Below are positions 24,280 to 37,062 of a DNA stretch of 64,000 bases, piece by piece (positions within the stretch are counted from its first letter, which is position 1; each line of letters opens with the position of its first letter). A model generated the notes under the pieces. That model was not told where the DNA came from. It ran no database searches and was given only the letters and a program-made list of their open reading frames with translations. The position numbers were made by a program, and so were the translations under genes. Location of the stretch: contig JBLDXI010000054.1 in the NCBI GenBank assembly GCA_047495785.1, positions 2,480,001-2,544,000 on the forward strand. The letters run 5' to 3'. Source of the stretch: Lepidodermella squamata (Eukaryota > Animalia > Gastrotricha).

Positions 24280-26047
24280 ATGTTTGATTCAACATCCCCG
24301 ATGCCCTTTCGGGGTGAATCGCAAATAACCATTATCGAACTGTGGCGGTCAGGAGGAGATGCTCGCATTGTTGCTGAACGGATGGATCTTCTTGAAACTG
24401 CCTCATATCCTAGGGGTAAACTCGCCCTACTGAACTCACCAACAACACCATCATTACCCGGCACTTCGGGAGCAAACTACTCTAGTAACCCTCTTTTTGC
24501 ATACCAATACCCTCTATTCGTATGGGCTTTGACTATTATCTACATGCTCATATTGGCTACGTCGGTGGTTGCTAACTTGATCACCGTCTCGTTCTACGCA
24601 ATCAACCGGAAGTCTCAACATATGAGTGCAAATCCTTATGTTTTGAGCCTATTAGCCGCTGATTTAATCTGGCCGATAACGAACGTGCCTTATTCGATTG
24701 TCTACGCCTGGTCACCTTATTGGGTCTTTGGAGAGACTGCTTGCCAAGTTCTACCCTATTTACAGGTTGCTCTACCTGAGATAATATCGCTGACCTTATG
24801 CGCCATCGCTTTGGAGCGATATTTCACAATTTTACATCCTTTTCGTAACAATCCGATGCTAAAACCAGTTGTGGCCGGTATTACGATAGCCCTAACCTGG
24901 ATGGTACCAATTAGCGGCAATTTTTTCCTCATTTTCGCCCATGGGCTGTTTCAGCTGCCGGGCAGTCGAAACAACCTGTGCATTCCTAAGGCCATCGGAC
25001 TATTAAGCGCTCAACAAGTTACCACTTTCAAAATTATTCAGTCAGCTGTGATCCTAGTTGGAATTCCTGGCGCACTCTTCCCTTTCTGCTACGGTCAGAT
25101 CGTTGCAAAAGTTGTGAGATCTCAAGTAAGATTATTTCTAACAAATCTCCCTTAATAATGGAATTGATTAAAAAATATAGGTAACACTCACCGCTCGTGC
25201 CTCGACGGCTTCGCTCGCAATAGCAAGCATGCCAGGTATTCTGCGGAGGCCGAGCTTAGCAAATAACCAGCAGCCCATGCCCCTTAGCACCAAAAGGTCA
25301 ACCCCGGAGCATAGAACTCGAGTTGTCTCAGTGATAGCAGCTGCTGGTCAAATCGCCCATTTCACCTGCTGGGTACCGATAGTCGCTTTTCAGTTATGGC
25401 ACGTTACAAATGACTACCCTGCCCTATCGTCTAGCCAAATAGTGACGTTCAAATTGCTGACTCTTCTCGCATCGGCTAATCCTGCGTGGAACTCGCTTGC
25501 TTACACAGCTGTGCTACGTCACCGAGCTCAGCCTCAAAACAGCAGGACAGGAAGCCACGCTTCAACATTCAGCCTTATAGCTACTCTGGTCAAAAGTGGC
25601 GGGGGCAGTGCTCATGCCGGCTACTACAGATCCAGGGCCTGTTCAAACTCTCATCGGCCTAGCGTTACCAGTCCTGTGAGTAAAACTGCCCCGCAGATTC
25701 GGGTATCCGGCGACTTGAGTTATAACTCTGACTTCCTCAGCTGCAATGGCGGTACGCCGCGACGACACTCCGCCTACAACGCTGTGCCGTTTCAAGTCGC
25801 TCTAGAGCGGGTGCTTTCTCTGCCTGAGGATGCTCAGAGTCGGGAAATCAGCCGCCACACTTCTGATTCCAGCAAAGTTTGGCAGATTCGAGCGGATGCC
25901 ATACAGCGTGATAGTGTTTCGAAAACCGTATCTACCCGAAGTAATAAAAGCGGCGCACCTAGTCGCGTGTCTTGCGATTCACAACATGGTGGAATAATGC
26001 CACCGGCGCCCCCTCCTTCTAGACTGCAGCTATCCACAGAAATTTGA
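24280..26047 (+). CDS. Class A (rhodopsin-like) GPCR, neuropeptide-receptor-like; intron 25126-25180
   Basis: TM2 SLLAADL, ECL1 YWVFGETACQVLPYLQ, TM3 LTLCAIALERY, TM6 CWVP, TM7 ANPAWNSLAY, long Ser/Arg-rich C-tail; a 55-nt intron joins the ORFs in frame. Confidence 0.9.
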
Positions 26048-26150
26048 AATTCATATTTTTGTCAATAAACTCACCGGCGTAAGATTGCTAAATCGATTTC
26101 TTCTTTTAATCAAAAGTATGAATGCGTGCAGAAGACATTTTTGCTCTGAT

Positions 26151-27353
26151 ATGGAACTGGTTTTCATCCTTTTCCTTATCCATTGTGTTGAATCACTTGA
26201 ATCCTTGGATGAGATCAATTTCAGGGCTCCCGATGTCCTGCTGTCGAATTGCCGCCTCCATCGGGACGCCTTGTCGCCGTATGAAATGGAGAACCGGCCT
26301 GTAAACCTTACAGTCAGCCTAGAAATCGACCGTTTACTCAGCATTGATGATGTCTCGGAGAAATTTTCTGTCATGGGCTTACTCCAAATCTTGTGGTTCG
26401 ATGAATGCGCTTATAATGTAGCCCATAATGAGTCGCTTTGGCCTAAAAATGTGAAAGCTTACCAAAGGATAGCTGACGAGGGAGTTCTGTGGTACCCAAG
26501 AATCAGATTAAGAAACAGCATGGGTAACTATGGTCTTCTGGATCCTGTTGTCACCGAATTAGGCTTCTACGCTGAGCAAGGGCGATGGATTCTTATTGTT
26601 ACTGGGCTATTTGAAGTCTATTGCGACTTGGACCTGAAACTTTACCCGTTTGACTACCAAACTTGCGAGGTAACCTTTTGCTACATCGAATGATATCGCA
26701 GGTAATTCTCTATAATTTTCCAGCTCATATTCATCACATCATTGAGCTCGGATCTTGTGAATATCACAATTTCAAGGTTCATTACTGGAAAACCCTTGTA
26801 TATCGGAACGAACAGTGTTTGGGTCCTGGTCGCGAACAGCACAAGAGTTCAGTACTTATTTTTCCCGAATTTCGGCATTTTCTGCCAAGCTGAGTTCTCA
26901 ATGACCTTTCGACGCCAGCCTAACTGGGAATTGCTGAACCTCTTGGCTCCAAGTTTCATTTTTTGCGTTCTGGAGCTGGCTAGTTTCCTCATTCCAGCAA
27001 AAATGCCTGACAGACCCGCTTTCAGCGTTGCGATACTTCTAGCTTTTACCGTCTTACAATCTCAACTGGTCAACAGCATGCCGAAGTCTCCCCAGCCCAT
27101 CATTCTCGAGTACTACGTCCTAGCTGAAATGATTTTCGCAATGATCATTGTCATTTATTCCGCCTTCATGTGCTCTTATGTAAAGTTCAATGCCAAGAAG
27201 GCTAAAAAATTGGTTCCATTGCCGGGATGCAGGAAAGGCATTCAATTCTTCTTACTAATTGATGTAATTATGTCAATTGTTTGCTTTTTCGCTTTGGCCC
27301 TGCTGAACTTGGCATCGATTGGCTTTATTATTTATAACCTGCCAAATAAATGA
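26151..27353 (+). CDS. Divergent Cys-loop ligand-gated ion channel subunit (copy 10); intron 26670-26723
   Basis: Signal peptide MELVFILFLIHCVES; Cys-loop CDLDLKLYPFDYQTC; PDRPAFSVAILLAFTVLQSQ. Confidence 0.93.
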
Positions 27354-27586
27354 GGTTTAGCTGCATCAAATTAATGATTGCTTCAAGATTTCTCGCGTGG
27401 GTCAATAAAGAATGTTAAAATTCCATTTTCATTTTGTTTACTCTAGTCAAGGGTATCTAGTTATTGATTTGCCTCGCCAGAAAATCTCAGAGAAAAAGTA
27501 ATTCGAGCAAATATTGGCATATTTCAATGAAGTCCACACTCTAGACCTGTGAGCGTCAATATTCTGTCAAACCTTAGCATTTCCGT

Positions 27587-28796
27587 ATGAAGCACTTGGC
27601 AATTTACCTTACTTTCACTCTTGCATCGGCATTGAGGTCGAACAGTGACATCCACTTCAGTGTGGTGGACACCTTGCTAACCCACTGTCGCCTGCAAAGC
27701 GATGCCATGTCACCTTTCGAACTTGAGCAGCGGCCTTTGAACATTTCTGTTAATTTCGAAATTGACCGACTGCTTAACATCGACGACGTCACGGAAAAGT
27801 TCTCACTCATGGGTGTTCTGCAGGTGAAATGGTTTGACAACTGTGTCCAAGAACTGGCCCTCAATCAAACAATCTGGCCACCTGAAATAACTGCATACCA
27901 GCGTAGAACCACAGAAACAAATCTTTGGTATCCTAAGCTATACCTGAGAAATAGCATTGGCAACTACGGTTTACTCGAAGCGGTTGTAACTGAATTAAGC
28001 TTATTGGCACCGTTAGGAATATTCCTTATGTTCTCGGTCGGGATATTTGATATTTACTGCGACCTTCAACTGGAAAGCTATCCATTCGACTATCAAACTT
28101 GCAAGGTATGATGTTCCTGAAGTCTGAAAGTTTTATTTGGTTTTATTCAAATTGTAGCTCGAGTTCTGCACTGCAGTCACTAATAACCATGTAAACATCA
28201 CTGATTCAAGTTTCATAACGGCAAAGGACTCTTACATTGGCTCGAACAGCGTCTGGCTGCCGGTGAAAAACTCAACAAAGGTTGAATACCTTGCATTTCC
28301 GAATTTCGGAGTTTTCTGTCAAGCTGAATTCAGCCTAACCTTTCGTCGAAAGCCGAACTGGGAATTGCTCAACCTGCTAGCCCCCAGTTTTATTTTCTGC
28401 GTTCTAGAGCTGGCTAGTTTCCTTATTCCAGCTAAAATGCCTGATAGACCGGCTTTCAGCGTTGCTATCTTACTAGCGTTCACTGTTCTTCAGTCCCAAC
28501 TCGTTAACAGCATGCCGAAATCCCCAAAGCCGATAATTCTGGAGTACTACGTCTTGGCTGAGATGATTTTTGCAATGGTCATCGTAATCTATTCATCCTA
28601 CATGTGCTCCTACGCGAGATACAACAAGGAAAGGGCTGGAAGACTAGTGAGAATGCCGCTGTTCCTGCGGCGAAAACCTCCTGTGCCTTACTTTATATTA
28701 GTTGATATTGTCATGTGCATTGTTTGCATTTTAGCTTTGACGTTACTCAATGTGACTTCGATAACGTATATTTACTACAATATGCCCAGCGAATGA
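27587..28796 (+). CDS. Divergent Cys-loop ligand-gated ion channel subunit (copy 11); intron 28106-28157
   Basis: Cys-loop CDLQLESYPFDYQTC; M1-M2 identical in amino acids to copy 10. Confidence 0.93.
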
Positions 28797-29076
28797 CGAA
28801 TAAAAACACCAATTTCACCCACAGCAGTTGAAACCTGAACTTGAATTACTACCCCTGCCCTAATCTATAAGGTTCGGCTCAGAGCTTTGCAGTCGGACAA
28901 TGATTTAGTTTGTCGTTTCATTTTCAAGCCCCGTAATATCAACGGAGTTCAATAAATCAGCAAGAGTGATGCATGTAAGCCCATGAGATCATTCCAGTAA
29001 TCATGTGAGCGCTTTGGTTGAAATTCAATATGTATTAGGTTTTCCATTGCTTTGTAAAACAGTCTGTAAAACGCCA

Positions 29077-30329
29077 ATGGGTAGACTACGATATTTTTTC
29101 GCAGTTTCATCCATACTTTTCGCTATCAGTCTAGCAACTTCAGATCCCACAGATCTCATCGGATTCAATGCCCTGGAAACTATGCTGACATATTGCCACG
29201 TGCATCGCGACTTCCTTACGCCATCCGAGTTAGAAGGAAGACCCACAAACATAGCTGTTAACCTTGAAGTAGACCGTTTCCTTGGTATTGATGACGTTAC
29301 CGAAACGTTCACAATTCTAGGAGCTCTGCAAGTTATCTGGTTTGACGATTGCGTCTCAAGGCTGGCACAAAATTCTTCAATATGGCCAAGTAACGTCAAG
29401 GCCTATGTCGGTAAATCTGGCGAAACCCTGTTATGGGGCCCAAAACTCTATCTCCGGAATAGTATGGGCAATTATGGCCTTCTGGACCCAGTCATTACAT
29501 TTATTGGCTCTTTCGTACAATATGGCCTGTTTGTTTCTTCGTCCATTGGAGAGTTTGAAGTTTACTGTGACCTTGACCTCAAACTATATCCGTTTGATTA
29601 TCAAACTTGTACGGTAAGTTTCACCGACAGAGCGTGGTTAGCCTTTGGAAAAGTTTAATTTGTGTCTAGTTGCAATTCATAACATCAATACAACCGGAGT
29701 TCGTCAACATTACATCGTCCAGTTTCATCGAAGCGACAACGTTTTACATGGGTAAAAACAGCGTTTGGGAACCGGTTGCGAATTCGACTGTCGTCAAATA
29801 TCTCATGTTTCCCAATTTCGGACTATATTCCCAGGCAGAATTTTCGCTCAGCTTTCGACGCGTGCCTAATTGGGAGTTGCTGAATTTGCTGGCGCCAAGT
29901 TTCATTTTCTGCCTACTGGAACTAGCCGCGTTTTTCATCCCAGCTAAAATGCCGGACAGGCCGGCGTTGAGTGTAGCGATTCTTCTCGCTTTCACTGTTC
30001 TTCAATCTCAACTTGTCAATAGCATGCCAAAATCTCCACGGCCAATCATTCTCGAGTACTACGTTCTTGCTGAAATGAATTTTGCCATGATTATTGTGAT
30101 TTACTCTGCATTTATGTGCTCTTATGTTAGACTTTACTCTGAGAAAGCTGAGAAGCCCATTCGGCTGCCAAAATTCTTTCGATGTAAAGAGCCCGTGGCT
30201 TACTATTTCGTTGTTGACGTGACAATGTTCTTCGTATGTGTTGTCTTATTGGCAGTTCTCAATATCGCAACAATCGGCTATATTTTCTCTAATCTTCCTG
30301 ATGACAGGAAGATGAAAAACGAATCTTGA
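29077..30329 (+). CDS. Divergent Cys-loop ligand-gated ion channel subunit (copy 12); intron 29614-29669
   Basis: Signal peptide MGRLRYFFAVSSILFAISLA; Cys-loop CDLDLKLYPFDYQTC; PDRPALSVAILLAFTV. Confidence 0.93.
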
Positions 30330-30608
30330 TACTTCTCGAATGAATAGAGAAGCATGATGTATATTAATATATACCTAGCGTTTTAAATGCGCAAATACGT
30401 AACATATATATTCTGATCTGTGTCTACAAGTCTAGCAGAGCACTTTTCGTTATCTATCACTCACATCGGATGGTGAAATATGACATCGATTCAGATTTTG
30501 AAGGTGACTCATTACTAATTGACGAACATTAGAGCTTTCCGCTTTAAAACATCGTTATACGTGAAAATTTATCAATAGTAAAAAACTTGAGTAATTTGCC
30601 ATTCCGTA

Positions 30609-31843
30609 ATGAGAGTCCACATCATATTTCTTCTATTGTTGCCAGTAACCTCAAGCTTCGCGAAAAACAGCCAAGAAAAATGGCGTCAGTTCAAGCCCGT
30701 TGAAACGTTGCTCGAAAACTGTCACATTCATCGCGATGCCAAATCCCCGTACGAGCTGGAAGGACGATCTTTGGAGCTGACAGTTTTTATGGAAGTCGAC
30801 CGCTTTATCGGAATCGACCCTGTCTCGGAAACCTTCACTATTTTTGGTGCCCTTCAAATAATGTGGTCCGACAGTTGCGCGTACGAGGTCGCTCAGAACA
30901 CCTCGCTATGGCCGCCTGAGGTTGATTCACTTCAAGTTAACAGAAAGGACGTGGAATTGTGGAGTCCTAATTTGTACATGCGGAACAGCATGGCAAATTA
31001 TGGCATGGCTGAACCAATTATTACAGTTTTAAATTTCTATCCGAAATACGGAACTTTCCTAACTGCAGCTGCCGGCGTTTTCGAAGTGTATTGCGATCTG
31101 GAATTAGAACTATATCCTTTCGACTACCAAACTTGCAAGGTAATAGCAGATTCCTGGATTTCAAAATACGTGTTGACTCTGATTTTCAGTTACAAATTAT
31201 ATCGCTTCTCCCGCCACGAACGATAAACATAACAACAGCTGCTTTTATTACTGGCGTCGCGTCGTACATTGGCGCGAACAGCGTTTGGATACACGTGAAG
31301 AATTCGACAAAAGTTGACATTTTATGGTTTCCCAACTTTGGTGAATATTCCCAGGCGGAATTCTCGCTGACATTTTGCCGGCAGCCAACTTGGGAGATTC
31401 TCAACCTAATTACTCCGAGTCTCATTTTCTGCATACTCGAACTAGCCGCGTTTTTCATCCCGGCTAAAATGCCTGATAGAGCAGCGTTGAGCGTTGCCAT
31501 TCTGCTAGCCTTTACTGTCTTACAATCTCAGCTCGTTAATAGTATGCCGAAAACTCCAAAGCCGATCGTACTAGCTTACTACGTTATGGCTGAGATGATT
31601 TTTGCTATGTTCATTGTAGTTTACTCATCAGTCATGTGCTCTTATGTCAGAATTTATTCTGAAAAAGCGGAGCGACTTATTGATATCTCAAACTACATGC
31701 CGAAGTTCTTGCGTTGCAAGGGGCCTGTTGCATATTTCTTTCTTGTTGACATTTGCATGTTTTTCGTTTGCTTATTTCTGCTGATATTACTGAACCTGAT
31801 AACCATTAGCTACATTCTCAGCAATTCAATGCCTAAAGACTAA
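30609..31843 (+). CDS. Divergent Cys-loop ligand-gated ion channel subunit (copy 13); intron 31140-31189
   Basis: Cys-loop CDLELELYPFDYQTC; PDRAALSVAILLAFTV. Confidence 0.93.
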
Positions 31844-32156
31844 TAGTCAAAAGTAAAAATGATCAAGGCTATACCGTTTTATTGAGGAGAGCTCCTGAGT
31901 GAATCACGTTAAATTTTAGAGAAAAACAAGTAACATATTTTTTATCGCAAGTCATGTGACCACAGTCATTTAAATGAAGTCATTTTTAATTGAACTTGTG
32001 CGCTTTTGGAAACTCACCCCCTAGGTATTTCGTAATCTTATGAATTATGCATAAAACTATTAGTTGCTCTTGACGAGCGGCAAATTAAAATAAACCATTG
32101 ATGGCTTTCCACTCAAAATGATTCTGCAACCCTTGAAATGTTCACGGATCCTGAAA

Positions 32157-33371
32157 ATGAATTTAACAATTCAATTAGTTTTCCTTTCGTTACTGAAATC
32201 GAGCTTAGCCGAAGATTGGACTCATTTCAACGCGGTTGAAACTTTGCTCGCTAACTGCCGGTTGCATCGCGATGTGAAGTCACCACTGGAATTAGAACGC
32301 CGAGCCGTAAACGTGAGCATCAGTTTGCAGGTCGACCGATTCTTAGGAATCGACCCAGTAGCAGAGAAATTCTCCATTGTCGGAGCGATACAAACTGTAT
32401 GGTACGATAAATGTGCGCATAAAGTCGCTCAAAACACATCGATATGGCCAGAGGAAGTCGATTCGTTCCAAGTGGATCCAAAAGAAGCGATGTTGTGGAT
32501 TCCGAAGTTGTATCTAAGAAACAGCTTGGGAGGCTTTGGCTTGCAGGATCCAATTGCCACAGCAATGTCGTTTTCCGTCTTCACAGGTATGTTTTATATC
32601 GGGTCAGCTGGCATCTTTGATGTTTACTGCGACCTTGATCTAAAGCTGTATCCTTTCGATCACCAAACGTGTACGGTAAGTGTCTTCCTCTACCTTGAAA
32701 CTTAGTTCACCGCTGATTCTTTTAAGCTTCAAGTTATGACCATTTTCCCACCCGAAGTGATCAACATGACGAATTCTGAATTTGTTACAATAACTGACTC
32801 TTACATCGGCACAAATCTTGCCTGGCAACCTGTGAAGAATTCAACCCGAGTCAAGGTTCTTACTTACCCATTCGCTGGCACGTTTAGTCAAACCGAGTTT
32901 TCCATGACTTTCCGCCGGCAACCGACATGGGAGATTCTGAACTTGATAACACCCAGTCTTATTTTCTGCGTCCTGGAATTGGCAGCGTTTTTCATTCCAG
33001 CAAAACTGCCAGATAGGCCTGCCCTGACGGTTGCTATTCTTTTGGCGTTTACTGTTCTCCAATCTCAGCTTGTTAACAGCATGCCAAAATCACCCAAACC
33101 AATTGTTCTTGAATATTATGTGCTGTGTGAGATGCTGTTCGCAATGGTCATAGTGATATACTCGGCGTCCATGTGCTCCTACGTTCGGCTCCATTCAGGG
33201 AAAGCAGAAGAGCCAATCAATCTATCTATCTACCTGCCGAAATTCATGAAGTGCGAACCGGTAGCATTCTTCATCCTGGTTGACTCCGCTATGTTTATCT
33301 TATGCTGCTTCGCCTTATTCTTCTTGAACGTCATATCTATCGGTTATATAATGGATAATTTGCCGCAGTAA
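32157..33371 (+). CDS. Divergent Cys-loop ligand-gated ion channel subunit (copy 14); intron 32676-32726
   Basis: Cys-loop CDLDLKLYPFDHQTC; PDRPALTVAILLAFTV; upstream in-frame ATG at 32118 is an alternative start. Confidence 0.93.
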
Positions 33372-33974
33372 ATGATAATTCAGTTTCTATATCAGTTTTC
33401 TATAAGCCAGTAATAATCGGACGTTCAGCAATTATTATCAATGTGGGTGAATTGTTACTTGATTGTTTGACATTTTGAAAATAAATCCTCTCAATTTTCA
33501 AACTAAATCTGACGAAATTAACGCAAATTTCTAATTTCTAGCGTCCAAACTAGCGATGAGCGTCCAGACATTAGACATGCATGCTAAGGCTGATACTAGT
33601 ATGCTCTAATTAACACGTACCATTTGCCCGATCAGAGAAAGATGCACTTCTTAGGACAAATAGCAACGACATAAATGGTAACAATAGATGGGCTTTATTC
33701 TGCCCGTCCATCCATTGTTCAACGCAATCTCGAGCTTATTAACCTCGATGGGTTACTCACCTAAGAGTAACGTATTATGGGGTTAGCGTTTTTACCCTAC
33801 TTCGGCCGCTATTGTTCATAGCAATATTTTATTCATAGTATCAATACTTATTTCGAGCAGCTCGTCAAATCGACGATGGGCATTCATTTCATCAAAGAGT
33901 GTGGTGAATTTTCTTGATATGTGCATGAGGCCATTTTCTCATTTTATTTCACATTGAAAAATGGCAGACCGTCA

Positions 33975-34148
33975 TAACAGCAAATACCCAAGACAGAAAA
34001 CGCGACAAAACAGCAACTCGCGACACAACAGCAGAAACACGATTCATCTTTTTACATGGCAAGTCTTCGCTGTTTTGTCGCGAAACAGAATATTTGCTGT
34101 TTTGTCGCATTCGCTGCTCTGCGAAGTTGCTGCTTTGTCGCCGTACCT
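33975..34148. mobile_element. Foldback/MITE-like remnant with inverted subterminal repeats
   Basis: GCGACAAAACAGC-like units on the left and their reverse complement GCTGTTTTGTCGC repeated on the right. Confidence 0.5.
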
Positions 34149-34213
34149 GAAAAATAAATAAATATCGCCATGATTTTTAGATCTGCTACAACAAAATTAC
34201 ACCACGCATATCG

Positions 34214-36073
34214 ATGACTCCATTCAAATTAGACGTCGCATGTCAAGTTTGTAAAAGATCGCCTATTGTCTTTCGAAAGCGACAATGGCCCGACCAACTT
34301 GAAGCTCTTAAAAGCTCTTTACTTTGCGAACCTTGCCGTAAATTCTGGTGCCGTTACAAGTATGTGGCTATCGATAGCTGTCCGCAATATCAATGCGATA
34401 GGCAACCTGAAACCGAACATACCAAATCGTGTCGTTATTGCCGCTTCAAACACTGCCAGGCTATTATTGACCAGAGAAGGCTCAATGGTCTTCCTGACGC
34501 TGAGAAAAGCAAAGCTCTTAAGGCTTCCGGCCGAATGGATTTTAGCAGAGTTCCTTGTGCCGTTTGCGGATGCTCTAGTAAGTTATGGATGGATTGGGGT
34601 TGAATATTGAACATTTCTTTCAACAATCTCAAATTAAACTCAGGGTTCAGGGTTAAGGCTATAGGATCATGGCTTGGATTTTCGGTTCCTTCGCACTTCC
34701 ACCTATAACGATTTTCATGAAATCAACCTTTCACTTTGTGTAAAACCGTATATTTGAAATTGACCTTGATTTAACGAATAATTTGAAAACAGGCTCCGGT
34801 CTACACTATGGGGTTATTCCTGCGATGGCTGCAAGGTCTTCTTCAGACGTTCGGTTCGACAGAAACACACAAGGCTGCTACATTTTTGCAAACGGATCAA
34901 TGGCAAAGAAGAACTATGCCCTACTGGATCAAATTGCCGAAAGTGTCGCATGCAGCGCTGCTGGGATGCTGGAATGACATTGAACTATGTTTCTCCTCGT
35001 GGCGCGCTAAAGACGAAGACGGCAACTGATAAAGCCATGCTGCTTGGACCAGTTACCCGCCGCAGATCCATACTGCACCTAGCTGAATCGCAAAAACACG
35101 AAGAAACTGAAAGTGCAAGCCAGTCGAATCCCCAGACAATTAATAGTGCGAGCAACTTCTCAATTGATCATGGACTGAGCAGTGCATCTTCGTCTTCATT
35201 ATTGAGCATCGAAAGCGATGCAGAAAGCCTATTGGCCGCAGTCACCAAATCAGCGGCGCATCTAGCCCCGATCAGCGAGGTCCGCATATACGCTACGCAG
35301 GATACCACCATCCTCGAGGCGGCCAAGTTACGTCTGGAATCTGCTGAGATCTATCTGAAATGCGTCAGCGACTTTTTTCTATCCCTGCCTGGAAGCAACG
35401 AAATTACCCTCGAGGATAAAAAGATTCTTTTCACGCATGGCTTTTTTCCTGTGTTAATCGCTCAGTTTTCACTTGAATTCGACGTTGGGACGCAGAGCAT
35501 AAATTACCTGTCGGTGGCGCCTGGGGAATCAACAACAATTTACAAACGACTGATGGCTACTGCTGGGTTGAATGAAAACGATCCTGGTATCTATGAAAGG
35601 AGTTCCGTCCTTCGGCAATATCAAGATCAGGTGGAGGCAGTGTTGTTACAAGCTGGAAACATGATGGTGACAAGCCTATCAAAAATCGACGAATTCGCTC
35701 TATTCTGCGCTTTGCTTTGTCTTAAACCAGGTATGAATGGGCTGAGAATGGGCTGTCCTTTCTCCATTGAGAGATCTTGATTATTGGGAATCTTTCCACA
35801 GATGTTCCGGGCTTGCAGCAACCAAGCGCAGTTCTGAATCTCCGGATGTTGTACGAAACTGCTCTGATCAGGGTAGTTCGTAGCAAACCGAATGCGGATA
35901 ACCGCTTGTCGCGAATTTACGCTATGCTGGATTATTTCCCTACAGCTACAACTATCTTCCGAGAGAAACTACGAGCCTATGTTCGAATCATGCCTATTAT
36001 GATTGAGATAACAGCATCTCATTCGCCACTTGTGCTCGATTTCAAAAGACAGCTAGCAAATGGTGATTTTTAA
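34214..36073 (+). CDS. Nuclear receptor with two tandem DNA-binding domains (2DBD-NR-like); introns 34578-34792 and 35731-35801; apparent 1-nt frameshift near 34817
   Basis: DBD1 CQVC..CEPCRKFW..CPQYQC..CRYCRFKHC; DBD2 DFSRVPCAVCGCSS|SGLHYGVI/SCDGCKVFFRRS..CRKCRMQRCWDAGM; LBD signature FFLSLPGSNEITLEDKKILF and LCLKP|DVPGL. Confidence 0.85.
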
Positions 36074-37062
36074 ATAGTATGGGAGCTTTTCCCTACAATA
36101 AACCTGCGGAAGTATCCACTAAAAAATATTGGCGCATCTTTGTTATTTGATTGTGATTTCCAGAATTTTCGAACTGAATTGCCGCATCAATCATTGCCAG
36201 GATGTTGTTGATCGCAGAGAACGTTCAACGGCCAACAGGGCGTTTCGAATGTGACGCACATACAAATTGCGGGTAACGGTTACCATGCCGTATCCATGCC
36301 GTGTAATAAACGTTTGCGCGTGGCACCGCATAGTGAGTATGCACATTAAACATAACTGTAGTCCGCCGTAGTACAGATGGAAAAGGACACATATTATTCG
36401 GTCATCACCGATAATTCTTCGTAACGCTGGATAGCTCGTAGCAAGCCCTACATACTGGTCATAGCAGTTTTTAGACAACTAAGACATAGATGAGAACCAT
36501 GTCGTTTTGACGTTAATTGGTTCCTTCAGTGCCTCTCAGCCTTTCAAAATGAATGAATTTAATAATCAGTCAGCTGCTCAAGCATCGAGTCAAGTAAGAT
36601 TTTCCCTAAAAACTTGTTTTCGAAAATACCAGCCAATATAAAATCAAACGATTCTCAGGCAAACAGTAAATCCAAGGCATACGAGATTGCCTGAGAAAAA
36701 AACCAGCATCATCAAACGAAAATCAAACGAGTTTTCTTAAAAACCACATCACATTTGATAAAAAAAACAATAGGCATTTGAAACACGCTGTAGCATAGTA
36801 TTATTCCGTCTTCTATCATTCACATTCATATCGGAGCTTGGCGTAATATTCTTCATGCTTCTTTATTTATTCGAGATGTAGCTATTTATTCGCTTCCAGG
36901 GTCAATGAACGACTTACACATTTTTCATCTTCTTTTCATCGGGAAGATCACAGAAATGATAGCTTCACATAGAAATATAGAAAACAAAAACCTTAATTAG
37001 GACATGATGGTACATGTTATACAGGCATGGTACAGTTATCGTTCACGTACACTTAGCGGCGT

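Noticed and set aside
26900-28560. Gene conversion homogenising the TM exons of copies 10 and 11
   Set aside because: Protein identity comes with many synonymous differences, which fits purifying selection better than recent conversion.
36191-36478. Possible gene fragment downstream of the first nuclear receptor
   Set aside because: Frames on both strands are interrupted or featureless; no product can be assigned.
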